A stretch of 64,000 bases of DNA from Verrucomicrobiota bacterium (GTDB taxonomy: Bacteria > Verrucomicrobiota > Verrucomicrobiia > Limisphaerales > UBA11358), in the NCBI GenBank assembly GCA_049517655.1, contig JBEKRQ010000001.1:749379-813378 (forward strand), written 5' to 3'. The translations under genes were made by a program, and so were the position numbers. Under the pieces are notes generated by a model, which saw nothing but the letters and a program-made list of their open reading frames with translations, had not been told where the DNA came from and made no database searches. Below, piece by piece: positions 26,604-34,596 of the stretch (positions within the stretch are counted from its first letter, which is position 1; every line of letters begins with the position of its first letter).

Positions 26604-27950
26604 TCATTTACCTGCCGTCATTTTTTCGGGCGTTTTGCCGAGTTCGCTGTAAAGCAACAGGCCTTTGATCAAATCCTCGGCGCGTTCGAGTTGCGCGTCT
26701 TGAATGCCTTTGACACGGGCACGATCTTCCGGACGAAGCGATTCGAGCCCGCCGGGTGCGCGCTTGAATATCAACGCGGCTTCTTCTTCATCGCTCATGG
26801 GGACGGTGATGTCGGGCGTGATGCCTTGTTCCTGAATGACTTTGTGGCTGGGCGTGTAATATTTGGCTGTGGTCAGCTTGAGCGCGGAACCATCGTCGAG
26901 AGGAAAAATGCTTTGCACGGAACCTTTGCCGAAGGTTTTTTCGCCGAGAATGATGGCGCGATGCAAATCCTGCAAACAGCCGGCGACAATTTCCGACGCG
27001 CTTGCGCTGCCCAAATTCACGAGCACGACAATGGGCATGCTTTTCAATACATTGCCGTGACTCCCGGCGCGCCGGATTGTATTTTGACCCGGATCGCGTC
27101 CTTCAGTGGTAACAACAAGTTCTCCACGGGGCAAAAATTCACTGCAAACCTCAACCGCCTCGTCGAGCAAACCGCCGGGATTCCAGCGTAAATCAAGAAT
27201 CAACGCCTTCATGCCCTGTGCTTTCAATTTATTCAGCGCAGTTTTAAGCTCGTCGTCTGTCTTGTCGCCAAATTGCGTGACACGGATATAGCCAATTTTG
27301 TCGGCGCCGAGCGGGAATTCCTTTTTGCCGTTGATGTCCTTGACCATGTCCATCTTGACAATCGCGCGGGTGAGCGTGAAATCCCTCACCATGCCCGACG
27401 AAGGCCGCTGAATGGTCACGGTCACTTGCGTGCCCGGTTCGCCGCGAAGCAGTTTCACTGCGTCCGGCAAAGACATTCTTTCCGCGCTCTTGCCGTTGAT
27501 TTTGACAATGCGGTCGCCGGACAAAATACCCGCGCGAAATCCCGGCGTATCCTCCATCGGCGTGACTACCGTGACATAATTGTTTTTCATCGTCACCACC
27601 AAACCGAGTCCTCCGAACGCGCCTTCCGTGTCACTTTGCAATTCCCGATACTCGTCCGGGTCCATGAACTCGCTGTGCGGGTCGAGCGAACCGATCATGC
27701 CCTTGAGCGCCGCGTAAACCAGGTCGCGATACGTCAAGTTCTGGCCGTTCACGTATTCCGTCCGGACTTTTCCCAGCACGCCGGCAAAAAGCTCCAGGTT
27801 TGGTTCAGCCGAATCTTTCCGTTCCGCCGCGTGGGCCGAACTTAAATAAATTCGCGCGCCGACGATCAAATTCACCGTCAGCGCCATAATCACAAATCCA
27901 TAAATCAAACGTCGTTTCATAAAGGGAGGAAAGCTAGCACAGGCGTGCAA
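26604..27950 (-). CDS. ctpA: carboxy-terminal processing protease (S41)
   Basis: PDZ region plus S41 motifs GSASASEIVAG and TFGKGSVQ. The start may be the Met at 27920 (MKRRLIYGF). Confidence 0.9.
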   Translation of the reverse strand: MHACASFPPFMKRRLIYGFVIMALTVNLIVGARIYLSSAHAAERKDSAEPNLELFAGVLGKVRTEYVNGQNLTYRDLVYAALKGMIGSLDPHSEFMDPDEYRELQSDTEGAFGGLGLVVTMKNNYVTVVTPMEDTPGFRAGILSGDRIVKINGKSAERMSLPDAVKLLRGEPGTQVTVTIQRPSSGMVRDFTLTRAIVKMDMVKDINGKKEFPLGADKIGYIRVTQFGDKTDDELKTALNKLKAQGMKALILDLRWNPGGLLDEAVEVCSEFLPRGELVVTTEGRDPGQNTIRRAGSHGNVLKSMPIVVLVNLGSASASEIVAGCLQDLHRAIILGEKTFGKGSVQSIFPLDDGSALKLTTAKYYTPSHKVIQEQGITPDITVPMSDEEEAALIFKRAPGGLESLRPEDRARVKGIQDAQLERAEDLIKGLLLYSELGKTPEKMTAGK

Positions 27951-27959
27951 AATTTCGAA

Positions 27960-28682
27960 TCAAGTTTTATTTCGCAGCAGCATTTCGACGAACGGCAAAT
28001 CACCCGCCATCGTAATCTTGGGATTTGGCGCGATGCTCGACACAAGCCGGACCGGCTGGCCAATCAATTCGCACGCCGCCGTATCGTCCGTGAAAACGAG
28101 CTTGCGGCGGCGCGCTTCGGTCAGCGCGCGGCGAATCACCTCCACGCGAAACGTCTGCGGCGTTTGCACCGCCCATAGGCGCGACCGGTCAAGCGTGCAT
28201 CGAATCAATCCGCCTTCCGTCGATTCCTTGATTGTGTCCGTCACCGGCTGCGCCGCCACCGCCGCGCCGGTTTCGTCCGCCGCCTTGACCGTCGCCGCGA
28301 TCAATTCCCTGCTCGTGCAAGGCCGCGCCGCGTCGTGAATCGCCACGATTTCCGCCGTCGGCGACAATGCTTCCAGACCGTTCCAGACCGAATCCTGCCG
28401 TTCCGCTCCGCCAACGACAATGCGGAACGGTTTTTTAAAAAGGAATTTCGCCGCCAGTTCCCTGAAAGCCTCCTGCATTCCGTCGCGCACGACGAGAATG
28501 ATTTCATCGATGTATTTTACCTCATCGAACCGCAGCCATGTGTGCGCCACGACCGGACGCCCGGCCACTTCCAGAAACAATTTATCCGCCCCAGCTTGTG
28601 TGGCCGAAGCTTCTCCAGCCCGGCGAAGGCCCGCGCCCATGCGGACACCTTTGCCGGCAGCGACCAGAATGGCTGAAACCAT
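27960..28682 (-). CDS. ispD: 2-C-methyl-D-erythritol 4-phosphate cytidylyltransferase
   Basis: Motifs AAGKGVRMG and IHDAARP. Start moved to MVSAILVAAG. The upstream part of ORF 27960..28703 lies in the heptamer array. Confidence 0.85.
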   Translation of the reverse strand: MVSAILVAAGKGVRMGAGLRRAGEASATQAGADKLFLEVAGRPVVAHTWLRFDEVKYIDEIILVVRDGMQEAFRELAAKFLFKKPFRIVVGGAERQDSVWNGLEALSPTAEIVAIHDAARPCTSRELIAATVKAADETGAAVAAQPVTDTIKESTEGGLIRCTLDRSRLWAVQTPQTFRVEVIRRALTEARRRKLVFTDDTAACELIGQPVRLVSSIAPNPKITMAGDLPFVEMLLRNKT

Positions 28683-28690
28683 GGGAACCA

Positions 28691-28725
28691 GTCTAAAGTC
28701 CAAAGTCCAAAGTCCAAAGTCTAAA
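28691..28725. repeat. heptamer array GTCCAAA x5
   Basis: gtctaaa gtccaaa gtccaaa gtccaaa gtctaaa, with the complementary cagactttggac at 28749-28760. Lies in the recJ-ispD spacer and abuts the ispD start. Confidence 0.9.
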
Positions 28726-28769
28726 ATGTTCGTGACCGCTTTGAACTTCAGACTTTGGACCCTGGATTA

Positions 28770-30584
28770 TTACGCCGCCCGCCAATCCAAAACTTTCAAT
28801 TGCACCGTGCGGCGGCCGTTGAACTCGTTGATTTGCGGCGCGAACGCCAGGTCAAATTTTCCGATGGGCAATGACGCTTCACCACCATTCCACCAAACAG
28901 CTTCCAACACCGTGCCGCCCGCAGCGCCGTAGCCGCCTTGCGGCGAAGGCGTGTCCGTCACCCACATCTTGACGTGCCGCCTGTCCGCGCCGATGCGCTG
29001 GAGCGGTCGCGCGTGGGTGAGATTGCGCGCGCAGAATCGCACGCCGGGATTTCCCTGCCCCGTTGGTTTCAAACGCGCCAGCTCGTTCAGCGTTTCAAAA
29101 TTCATTTCGTCCAGGCCGACTTCCGCATCGAGGCGCAATGACGGTTGCAAATCCTCCGGTTTCAATTCGCGGCGCGCCAATTCGTTCAATCGCTCCCGCA
29201 GCGCGTCAATTTTGTCCGATTGAATGCTCAAGCCCGCGGCCATTGCGTGCCCACCGTGGCGCACCAGCAAATCGTCGCATTCGCGCAATGCGGCGGCCAG
29301 ATCGAAACCCGCGATGCTGCGTCCCGATCCACGCCATTCATCGCCCTCACCACCAATGATGATGGTGGGCCGGTAAAACTCCTGCAACACACGCGACGCG
29401 ACGATGCCGACAACGCCGATGTGCCAGAGTAATTGTCCTTCGACGATGACGAAGTCTTTCCCCGGGTCAAACTTCGCACGTAATGTGCCGACAACTTCCT
29501 CGACGATGTCACGCTCGATTTTTTGGCGTTCGCGATTCCGCGCATCGAGACTTTGTGCCAGCGGCATGGCTTCGGCCTGACTGCGGACGAGCAGCAGATG
29601 CAGCGATTCCTCGGCTGATTCGAGCCGACCGGCGGCGTTGAGGCGCGGCGCAAGTTGAAAACCGACTTCGTGTGTGCCCAACATGGCGGGCGATTGCGCG
29701 GCCTTTTTCAACGCGATGAGACCGGGCCGTTTCGTCGTGTTCAGCCGCTGCAAACCGGCGGAAACAAGAATGCGGTTTTCGCCGATGAGTAGCACGAGGT
29801 CGGCGATGGTGCCCAGTGCGACCAAATCGAGCAGCGGGCGCAAATCGAATTCCGCAGCGCCGGGCAGATTCATCTCGCGTCCGCGTTTGACCAGGGCGTG
29901 CGCGAGTTTGAAAGCGAGACCAACGGAGCAGAGTTCGGTAAAAACGGTTGAGGGTTGAGAGTTGCCCGCCTTCACTTCGTTTCGGCGCGGTCGCGCCGGA
30001 GCTTCCAGCGGAGGCGGAAGAGTTGAGAGTTGTGGATTGACCAGCGCGACTGCCTCCGGCGCGGGCGAAGAAATCTGATGATGATCGAGAACAACCACAT
30101 CCACACCGCGTTCACGCAGCCATGAAATGGTTTCTACGGCGGTCGAGCCGCAATCCACGGCCAGCAAGAGGGTTACAGGAAATTTTTTGAGGCAATTTTC
30201 GACGCCGTCCTGGCTCAGGCCGTAGCCTTCGTCCATGCGATTCGGCAGATAAAAATCCACCTTCCAGCCCAGCGTGCGCAAAACTTCAACAAGCAGCGCG
30301 GTGGAAGTGACACCGTCCGTGTCGTAATCGCCAAAAATCACGAGCGGTTCGTTTTGCTCCCGAGCATGGAGCAATCGCCCGACAGCGGCGTCCATGTTCG
30401 GCAGTAAAAACGGGTCGGCGAGATTTTTAAGGCGCGGCTGCAAAAAATCACGGATGGCAATCGGCTCACTGAAGCCGCGATTCAGCAGGCATTGGGCAAG
30501 CAGCGGCGGGATTTTGAGTTGCGCGGCCAGTTGACCGGCGAGCAGAGGTTGCGGTGGCGCGAGCGACCAGTGAAATTTCATCAT
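28770..30584 (-). CDS. recJ: single-stranded-DNA-specific exonuclease RecJ
   Basis: DHH motifs (FGDYDTDG, VVLDHHQ) and DHHA1 motif GGHAMAAG. Start moved to MMKFHW. Contains the repeat-derived insert 29947-30035. Confidence 0.9.
   Translation of the reverse strand: MMKFHWSLAPPQPLLAGQLAAQLKIPPLLAQCLLNRGFSEPIAIRDFLQPRLKNLADPFLLPNMDAAVGRLLHAREQNEPLVIFGDYDTDGVTSTALLVEVLRTLGWKVDFYLPNRMDEGYGLSQDGVENCLKKFPVTLLLAVDCGSTAVETISWLRERGVDVVVLDHHQISSPAPEAVALVNPQLSTLPPPLEAPARPRRNEVKAGNSQPSTVFTELCSVGLAFKLAHALVKRGREMNLPGAAEFDLRPLLDLVALGTIADLVLLIGENRILVSAGLQRLNTTKRPGLIALKKAAQSPAMLGTHEVGFQLAPRLNAAGRLESAEESLHLLLVRSQAEAMPLAQSLDARNRERQKIERDIVEEVVGTLRAKFDPGKDFVIVEGQLLWHIGVVGIVASRVLQEFYRPTIIIGGEGDEWRGSGRSIAGFDLAAALRECDDLLVRHGGHAMAAGLSIQSDKIDALRERLNELARRELKPEDLQPSLRLDAEVGLDEMNFETLNELARLKPTGQGNPGVRFCARNLTHARPLQRIGADRRHVKMWVTDTPSPQGGYGAAGGTVLEAVWWNGGEASLPIGKFDLAFAPQINEFNGRRTVQLKVLDWRAA
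29947..30035. repeat. GTTGAGA-heptamer-flanked insert inside recJ
   Basis: gttgagg gttgaga gttgccc (29947-29967) and gttgaga gttgtgg (30022-30035) bracket a GC-rich core with the palindrome ggcgcggtcgcgcc. Encodes ...LSTLPPPLEAPARPRRNEVKAGNSQPST.... Confidence 0.8.
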
Positions 30585-30591
30585 TAAATCG

Positions 30592-30681
30592 AACCACGAA
30601 TAAACACCAATGGACACGAACTTTTTTTGGCACGGATGCCGCGGATTTTTGATTCGTGTTTATTCGTGTTCATTGGTGGTT
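30592..30681. repeat. inverted pair of decamer-repeat arms in the terC-recJ spacer
   Basis: Left arm aaccacgaataaacaccaatggacacgaa; right arm ttcgtgtttattcgtgttcattggtggtt. The same 10-bp units appear in opposite orientation, but complementarity is imperfect. Confidence 0.7.
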
Positions 30682-31637
30682 GCCATTTTTTCATGCTGCG
30701 CGGCGGAAACGGAAAGCACGATGGAAATTAAAAGAATCGCAGCCACGATGAGCAATGAAACGCCTGTTGGAATCTCAATTTGAAACCAGCGGGACGGCGG
30801 GCCGTGCGGCTCGACCAGCATTTTTGCGCCGACAAAAGCGAGCACAATGGAGAGTCCAATTTTCAAATAGCGGAAGTTGCCGAGCGCACCGGCAAGCAGG
30901 GAATACAGCGAGCGAAGGCCGAGAATCGCAAAGATGTTCGAGGTGAAAACAATGAAAGGCTGACGCGTCACGGAAAACACCGCCGGAATGGAATCCGTGG
31001 CGAAAATCAAATCGGTTGTTTCGACCAACAACAGCACCAAAGCCAGCGGCGTGAGCGCAAGACGACCATCAAACCGCGTGAAAAACCTCTGGCCGTCGAA
31101 ATTTTGAGAGACAGGAAAGAGTTTTTGCGCCAGGCGCAGCGCGAGATTTTTTTCCGGATGCACCGCCTCCTGTTTCGAGAAAAACATCCTTGCACCGGCA
31201 AAGATGAGAAACGCCCCGAACACGTAAAGCACCCAGTCGAATTGGTGAATGAGCGCCGCGCCGACTGCGATCATCGCGCCGCGCATCACCAGCGCGCCGA
31301 GGATACCCCAAAAGAGCAGCCGATGTTGAAATTCCAGCGGCACGCGAAACCACGCGAAGATGAGCGCGATGAATAGAATGTTGTCCAGCGAAAGTGAAAG
31401 TTCGATGACGTAGCCGGCGGCAAATTCAGTCGCTTCCTCGCGACCGCGCCAATGCGCCATTGCCCCGGCAAAAAGCATGGCCAGCACGAACCACAACGCG
31501 CTCCAGGCAAGCGCTTCGCCAAATTTGATGACGCGCGCGCGGCGATGAAATGCGCCCAGGTCGAGCGCAAGAAAAAACAGGACACAAAGAATGAAGCCAG
31601 CCCAATGCCACGGGGTGATTTCAATGAAACCGGGCAT
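30660..31637 (-). CDS. TerC-family integral membrane protein
   Basis: 325-aa polytopic protein with the TerC-like pattern (ELSLSLDNILFIALIF, TDLIFATDSIPAVF). Confidence 0.85.
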   Translation of the reverse strand: MPGFIEITPWHWAGFILCVLFFLALDLGAFHRRARVIKFGEALAWSALWFVLAMLFAGAMAHWRGREEATEFAAGYVIELSLSLDNILFIALIFAWFRVPLEFQHRLLFWGILGALVMRGAMIAVGAALIHQFDWVLYVFGAFLIFAGARMFFSKQEAVHPEKNLALRLAQKLFPVSQNFDGQRFFTRFDGRLALTPLALVLLLVETTDLIFATDSIPAVFSVTRQPFIVFTSNIFAILGLRSLYSLLAGALGNFRYLKIGLSIVLAFVGAKMLVEPHGPPSRWFQIEIPTGVSLLIVAAILLISIVLSVSAAQHEKMATTNEHE

Positions 31638-31649
31638 GGTTTTGAGTCA

Positions 31650-34157
31650 TCAGATCTTCGCCGGCGCCACGTTTTGCATCGTCACTTGCGACGCGCCAAT
31701 ATTCGGGCGTTCGCCTTTGTGCCACCACCACACGAACGCGCTGGCGATGTAGATGCTCGAATATGTGCCGGTGATGATGCCGATGAGGAATGTAAACGCG
31801 AAGTCGTTGATGACGCCGCCGCCGAAAAGATAGAGCGACATCGTGGCCAAAAACACCGTGCCGCTGGTGATCAGCGTTCGGCTCAAGGTCTGATTCACCG
31901 CTTGATTGATGATTTCCTTGAACGAGCCGCGCACGCCGAGTTTCAGGTCTTCGCGGATGCGGTCAAAAATCACGATGGTGTCATTGGTGGAGAAGCCGAT
32001 GATGGTCAGAACCGCCGCAACGACTGTAGCGTTGAATTCGCGGCCCGAAACGCCGTTGGCAATGCAGTAACAGCCAATGGTCATAAACACGTCGTGAATG
32101 ACCGCGACGACCGCGCCGACAGCGAACGAAAATTCGTAACGGAACGCGACATAAACCAAAATGCCGAAGAGCGACAGCAAACAGGCAACAATGGCCGATT
32201 GCAGAATCTCCCTGCCAACAACCGCGCCGACGCGCTGCTGGCTGCCGACTTTGAAGTTCGCCTGCGGAAATTTGTCGGCGAGCGCCTGTTGGACTTTTTC
32301 GGCGGAGCCGGGTAAGGTTGTCACGCGGAGCGTTTCAGTGCCGCCGGCCACGTCCTTTTGATATTGGATTTGCGAATCCTTTTCACCGGTTTGCACGAGC
32401 ACGGCGCGGATCTGTTCCACGTCAACTCGTTGCTGGAAACTGAATGTCGTGCTGTCACCGCCCATAAAGTCCACTCCGAACACCTTTGAACCGCGATGAT
32501 AGCCGTAGATCAAGCCGACGAGAATAATCACCCATGACAAAACGAATGCGGGCCTAGCCAGTTTCATGAAATCGAGCTTGGTGGCGCGAATGAGATGGAA
32601 CATCCGGAGCGATTTGATCCAATCGTGGTCGAGCAGCCAGTTGAAAATCAGCCGCGTCACCACGAGCGCGGTGAACAAACTTGCCGCCACACCAATGGTC
32701 AGTGTCACGCCGAAACCTTTGACTTCACCGGTGCCCATGAAAATCAGGATGACCGAGGCAATGAGCGTGGTGACGTGTGAATCGAAAATCGTGCCGAACG
32801 CCCGGGCGTAACCGGCGGCGATTGCGCCCCGCAGGGATTTGCCCTTGGCCAATTCCTCGCGGATGCGTTCGTAAATCAGCACGTTCGCGTCCACCGCCAT
32901 GCCGACGGTGAGCACCACGCCCGCGATGCCCGGCAAGGTGAGCGTCGTGCCGATGGAACACATGACGCCGAGCAAAATGATGATGTTCGTGACCAGCGCG
33001 ATGTTTGCCACAACGCCCGCGAGCAAGTAATAGCACAGCATGAACGCGGAAACCAAAACAACGCCGGCGATGGACGCGCGAACACCGCTGCGAATTGAGT
33101 CTCTGCCGAGAGTTGGGTCAACGTCGCTGGAATAGACAGGAATCAACGGGGCGCGCAGCGGATTTTGGAGGACGTTCGCCAATTCCAGCGCTGCTTGGAT
33201 GGTATAGCGTCCCGTGATCTGACCGTTGCCGGTTTCAATCGGACTCTGGATATTTGGCGCTGAATACAACTGGCCGTCCAAAACGATGGCCAGCCGGTGG
33301 TTAACGTTGTTGCGGGTGACGTCGGCAAACCTTTTTGCGCCGTTGTCATTGAGCGTGAAATCAATTTGCGGTTCCCCCAAATTGCCGCGCACCACCATCG
33401 CACTTTTTATGATGTCGCCGGCCAGGCCATTCTCCGGCTTTTTCTTTACGATGACCTGCTCAATTCTCGGCGGACCATTTGGTTGCAGTTCCACGTGCTT
33501 GAGCAGTTCATAACCCGGCGGAATCGGTTCATTGTTATTGATGATTTCATCGCTGTCATCCTTCACCATCCGGAATTCAAGATACGCGGCTTTTTGGATT
33601 TGTTCCTTGGCGCTTTCCTTGTCGGCCTCGGACAGGCCGGGCAACTGAATCAAAATGCGATTACCGCCCGCCGGTTGAATGACCGGCTCGGCCACGCCAA
33701 AACGGTCAATGCGTTTGCGCAACACCTCAACCGCCTGCGAAAGCGCCCCGCCCGCATCCGACGGATTGGACAGCTTGTTCGTTTCCATCTCGACGAGAAA
33801 GGACGTGCCGCCCTGCAAATCGAGACCAAGTTTGATGCGTCCGGATGCATCGCGCTGAAGCTGGTTCAAAATGAACGTCGTTGGATACAACTCGTTCTCC
33901 GCGTTGACGAACGGAAAGTAGGGCCGAATGTCATTCGTGCCGATGGCTCCCTGTAAATTGGCGAACTCACGGTCGGGGCGCGCCTTTTGCAACGGTTCAA
34001 GCCGTTGCAAAATGTCCTTGAACGCGGCGTCCCGCTTGACCGCGCGCGATGAAAATTGCTGCACCAGATCGCGCGACGTCGGCGGGTAAGTCTGATAAAG
34101 CGACCAGCAAATGATGAAGACAACAAAGACGAATTTCCAGAAATCGTTTTTTTTCAT
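31650..34157 (-). CDS. secDF: protein translocase subunit SecDF (fused)
   Basis: About 835 aa with SecD and SecF halves, each with RND-like TM bundles and periplasmic domains. Start moved to MKKNDFWKF just downstream of yajC. Confidence 0.9.
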   Translation of the reverse strand: MKKNDFWKFVFVVFIICWSLYQTYPPTSRDLVQQFSSRAVKRDAAFKDILQRLEPLQKARPDREFANLQGAIGTNDIRPYFPFVNAENELYPTTFILNQLQRDASGRIKLGLDLQGGTSFLVEMETNKLSNPSDAGGALSQAVEVLRKRIDRFGVAEPVIQPAGGNRILIQLPGLSEADKESAKEQIQKAAYLEFRMVKDDSDEIINNNEPIPPGYELLKHVELQPNGPPRIEQVIVKKKPENGLAGDIIKSAMVVRGNLGEPQIDFTLNDNGAKRFADVTRNNVNHRLAIVLDGQLYSAPNIQSPIETGNGQITGRYTIQAALELANVLQNPLRAPLIPVYSSDVDPTLGRDSIRSGVRASIAGVVLVSAFMLCYYLLAGVVANIALVTNIIILLGVMCSIGTTLTLPGIAGVVLTVGMAVDANVLIYERIREELAKGKSLRGAIAAGYARAFGTIFDSHVTTLIASVILIFMGTGEVKGFGVTLTIGVAASLFTALVVTRLIFNWLLDHDWIKSLRMFHLIRATKLDFMKLARPAFVLSWVIILVGLIYGYHRGSKVFGVDFMGGDSTTFSFQQRVDVEQIRAVLVQTGEKDSQIQYQKDVAGGTETLRVTTLPGSAEKVQQALADKFPQANFKVGSQQRVGAVVGREILQSAIVACLLSLFGILVYVAFRYEFSFAVGAVVAVIHDVFMTIGCYCIANGVSGREFNATVVAAVLTIIGFSTNDTIVIFDRIREDLKLGVRGSFKEIINQAVNQTLSRTLITSGTVFLATMSLYLFGGGVINDFAFTFLIGIITGTYSSIYIASAFVWWWHKGERPNIGASQVTMQNVAPAKI

Positions 34158-34164
34158 TGTCAGC

Positions 34165-34515
34165 CTACGATTCAGTCGTGCCGCCGGATTCAATAATTTC
34201 CACCACTGAAGACTTGGTGATTTCCATTTTGGCGTCAGCCGACCGGAGTGAAACAGTCTTGTCCTTCACGGTGATGACAATGCCGACGATGCCGCCGGCT
34301 GTGACCACCTTGTCGCCCGATTTGAGGTTTTTGAGCAATGCCGCGTGCCGGGCGCGCTGCTGCTGTTGTGGCCGAAACAGGAGGAAATACATCATTACCC
34401 CCATCAAAACCAACAAGATAAGGGGGCTGCCAAAGAGAGCTTGGAAGCCTGTTGGCTGTTGTGGTTGTCCGGATTGCGGCGATGCCGCCTGTGCCAGAAT
34501 TTCGTTCAAGTGCAT
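34165..34515 (-). CDS. yajC: preprotein translocase subunit YajC
   Basis: Single TM followed by LKSGDKVVTAGGIVGIV (YajC signature). Lies upstream of secDF. Confidence 0.85.
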   Translation of the reverse strand: MHLNEILAQAASPQSGQPQQPTGFQALFGSPLILLVLMGVMMYFLLFRPQQQQRARHAALLKNLKSGDKVVTAGGIVGIVITVKDKTVSLRSADAKMEITKSSVVEIIESGGTTES

Positions 34516-34596
34516 AAATTGAAAAATGGGTGTTCACTTTATGAAAGCAGGCGCATCGGGGCAAGCGTTTTGGCTGCCGAAATTGCTATAATTTCA

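Noticed and set aside
26217-27191. 324-aa plus-strand ORF
   Set aside because: Antisense across the tsaD/ctp junction; both minus-strand genes are well supported.
28590-28640. Possible repeat-derived insert in IspD (AGLRRAGEASATQAG)
   Set aside because: The segment looks like an insertion relative to the IspD consensus I recall. I could find no palindrome, tandem structure or match to the other repeat families, so it is not supported as a repeat.
28691-28725. Possible CRISPR array (also considered for the other tandem arrays and palindromes)
   Set aside because: The units are 7 bp with no spacers. The palindromic families are dispersed, not regularly interspaced, and there are no cas genes.
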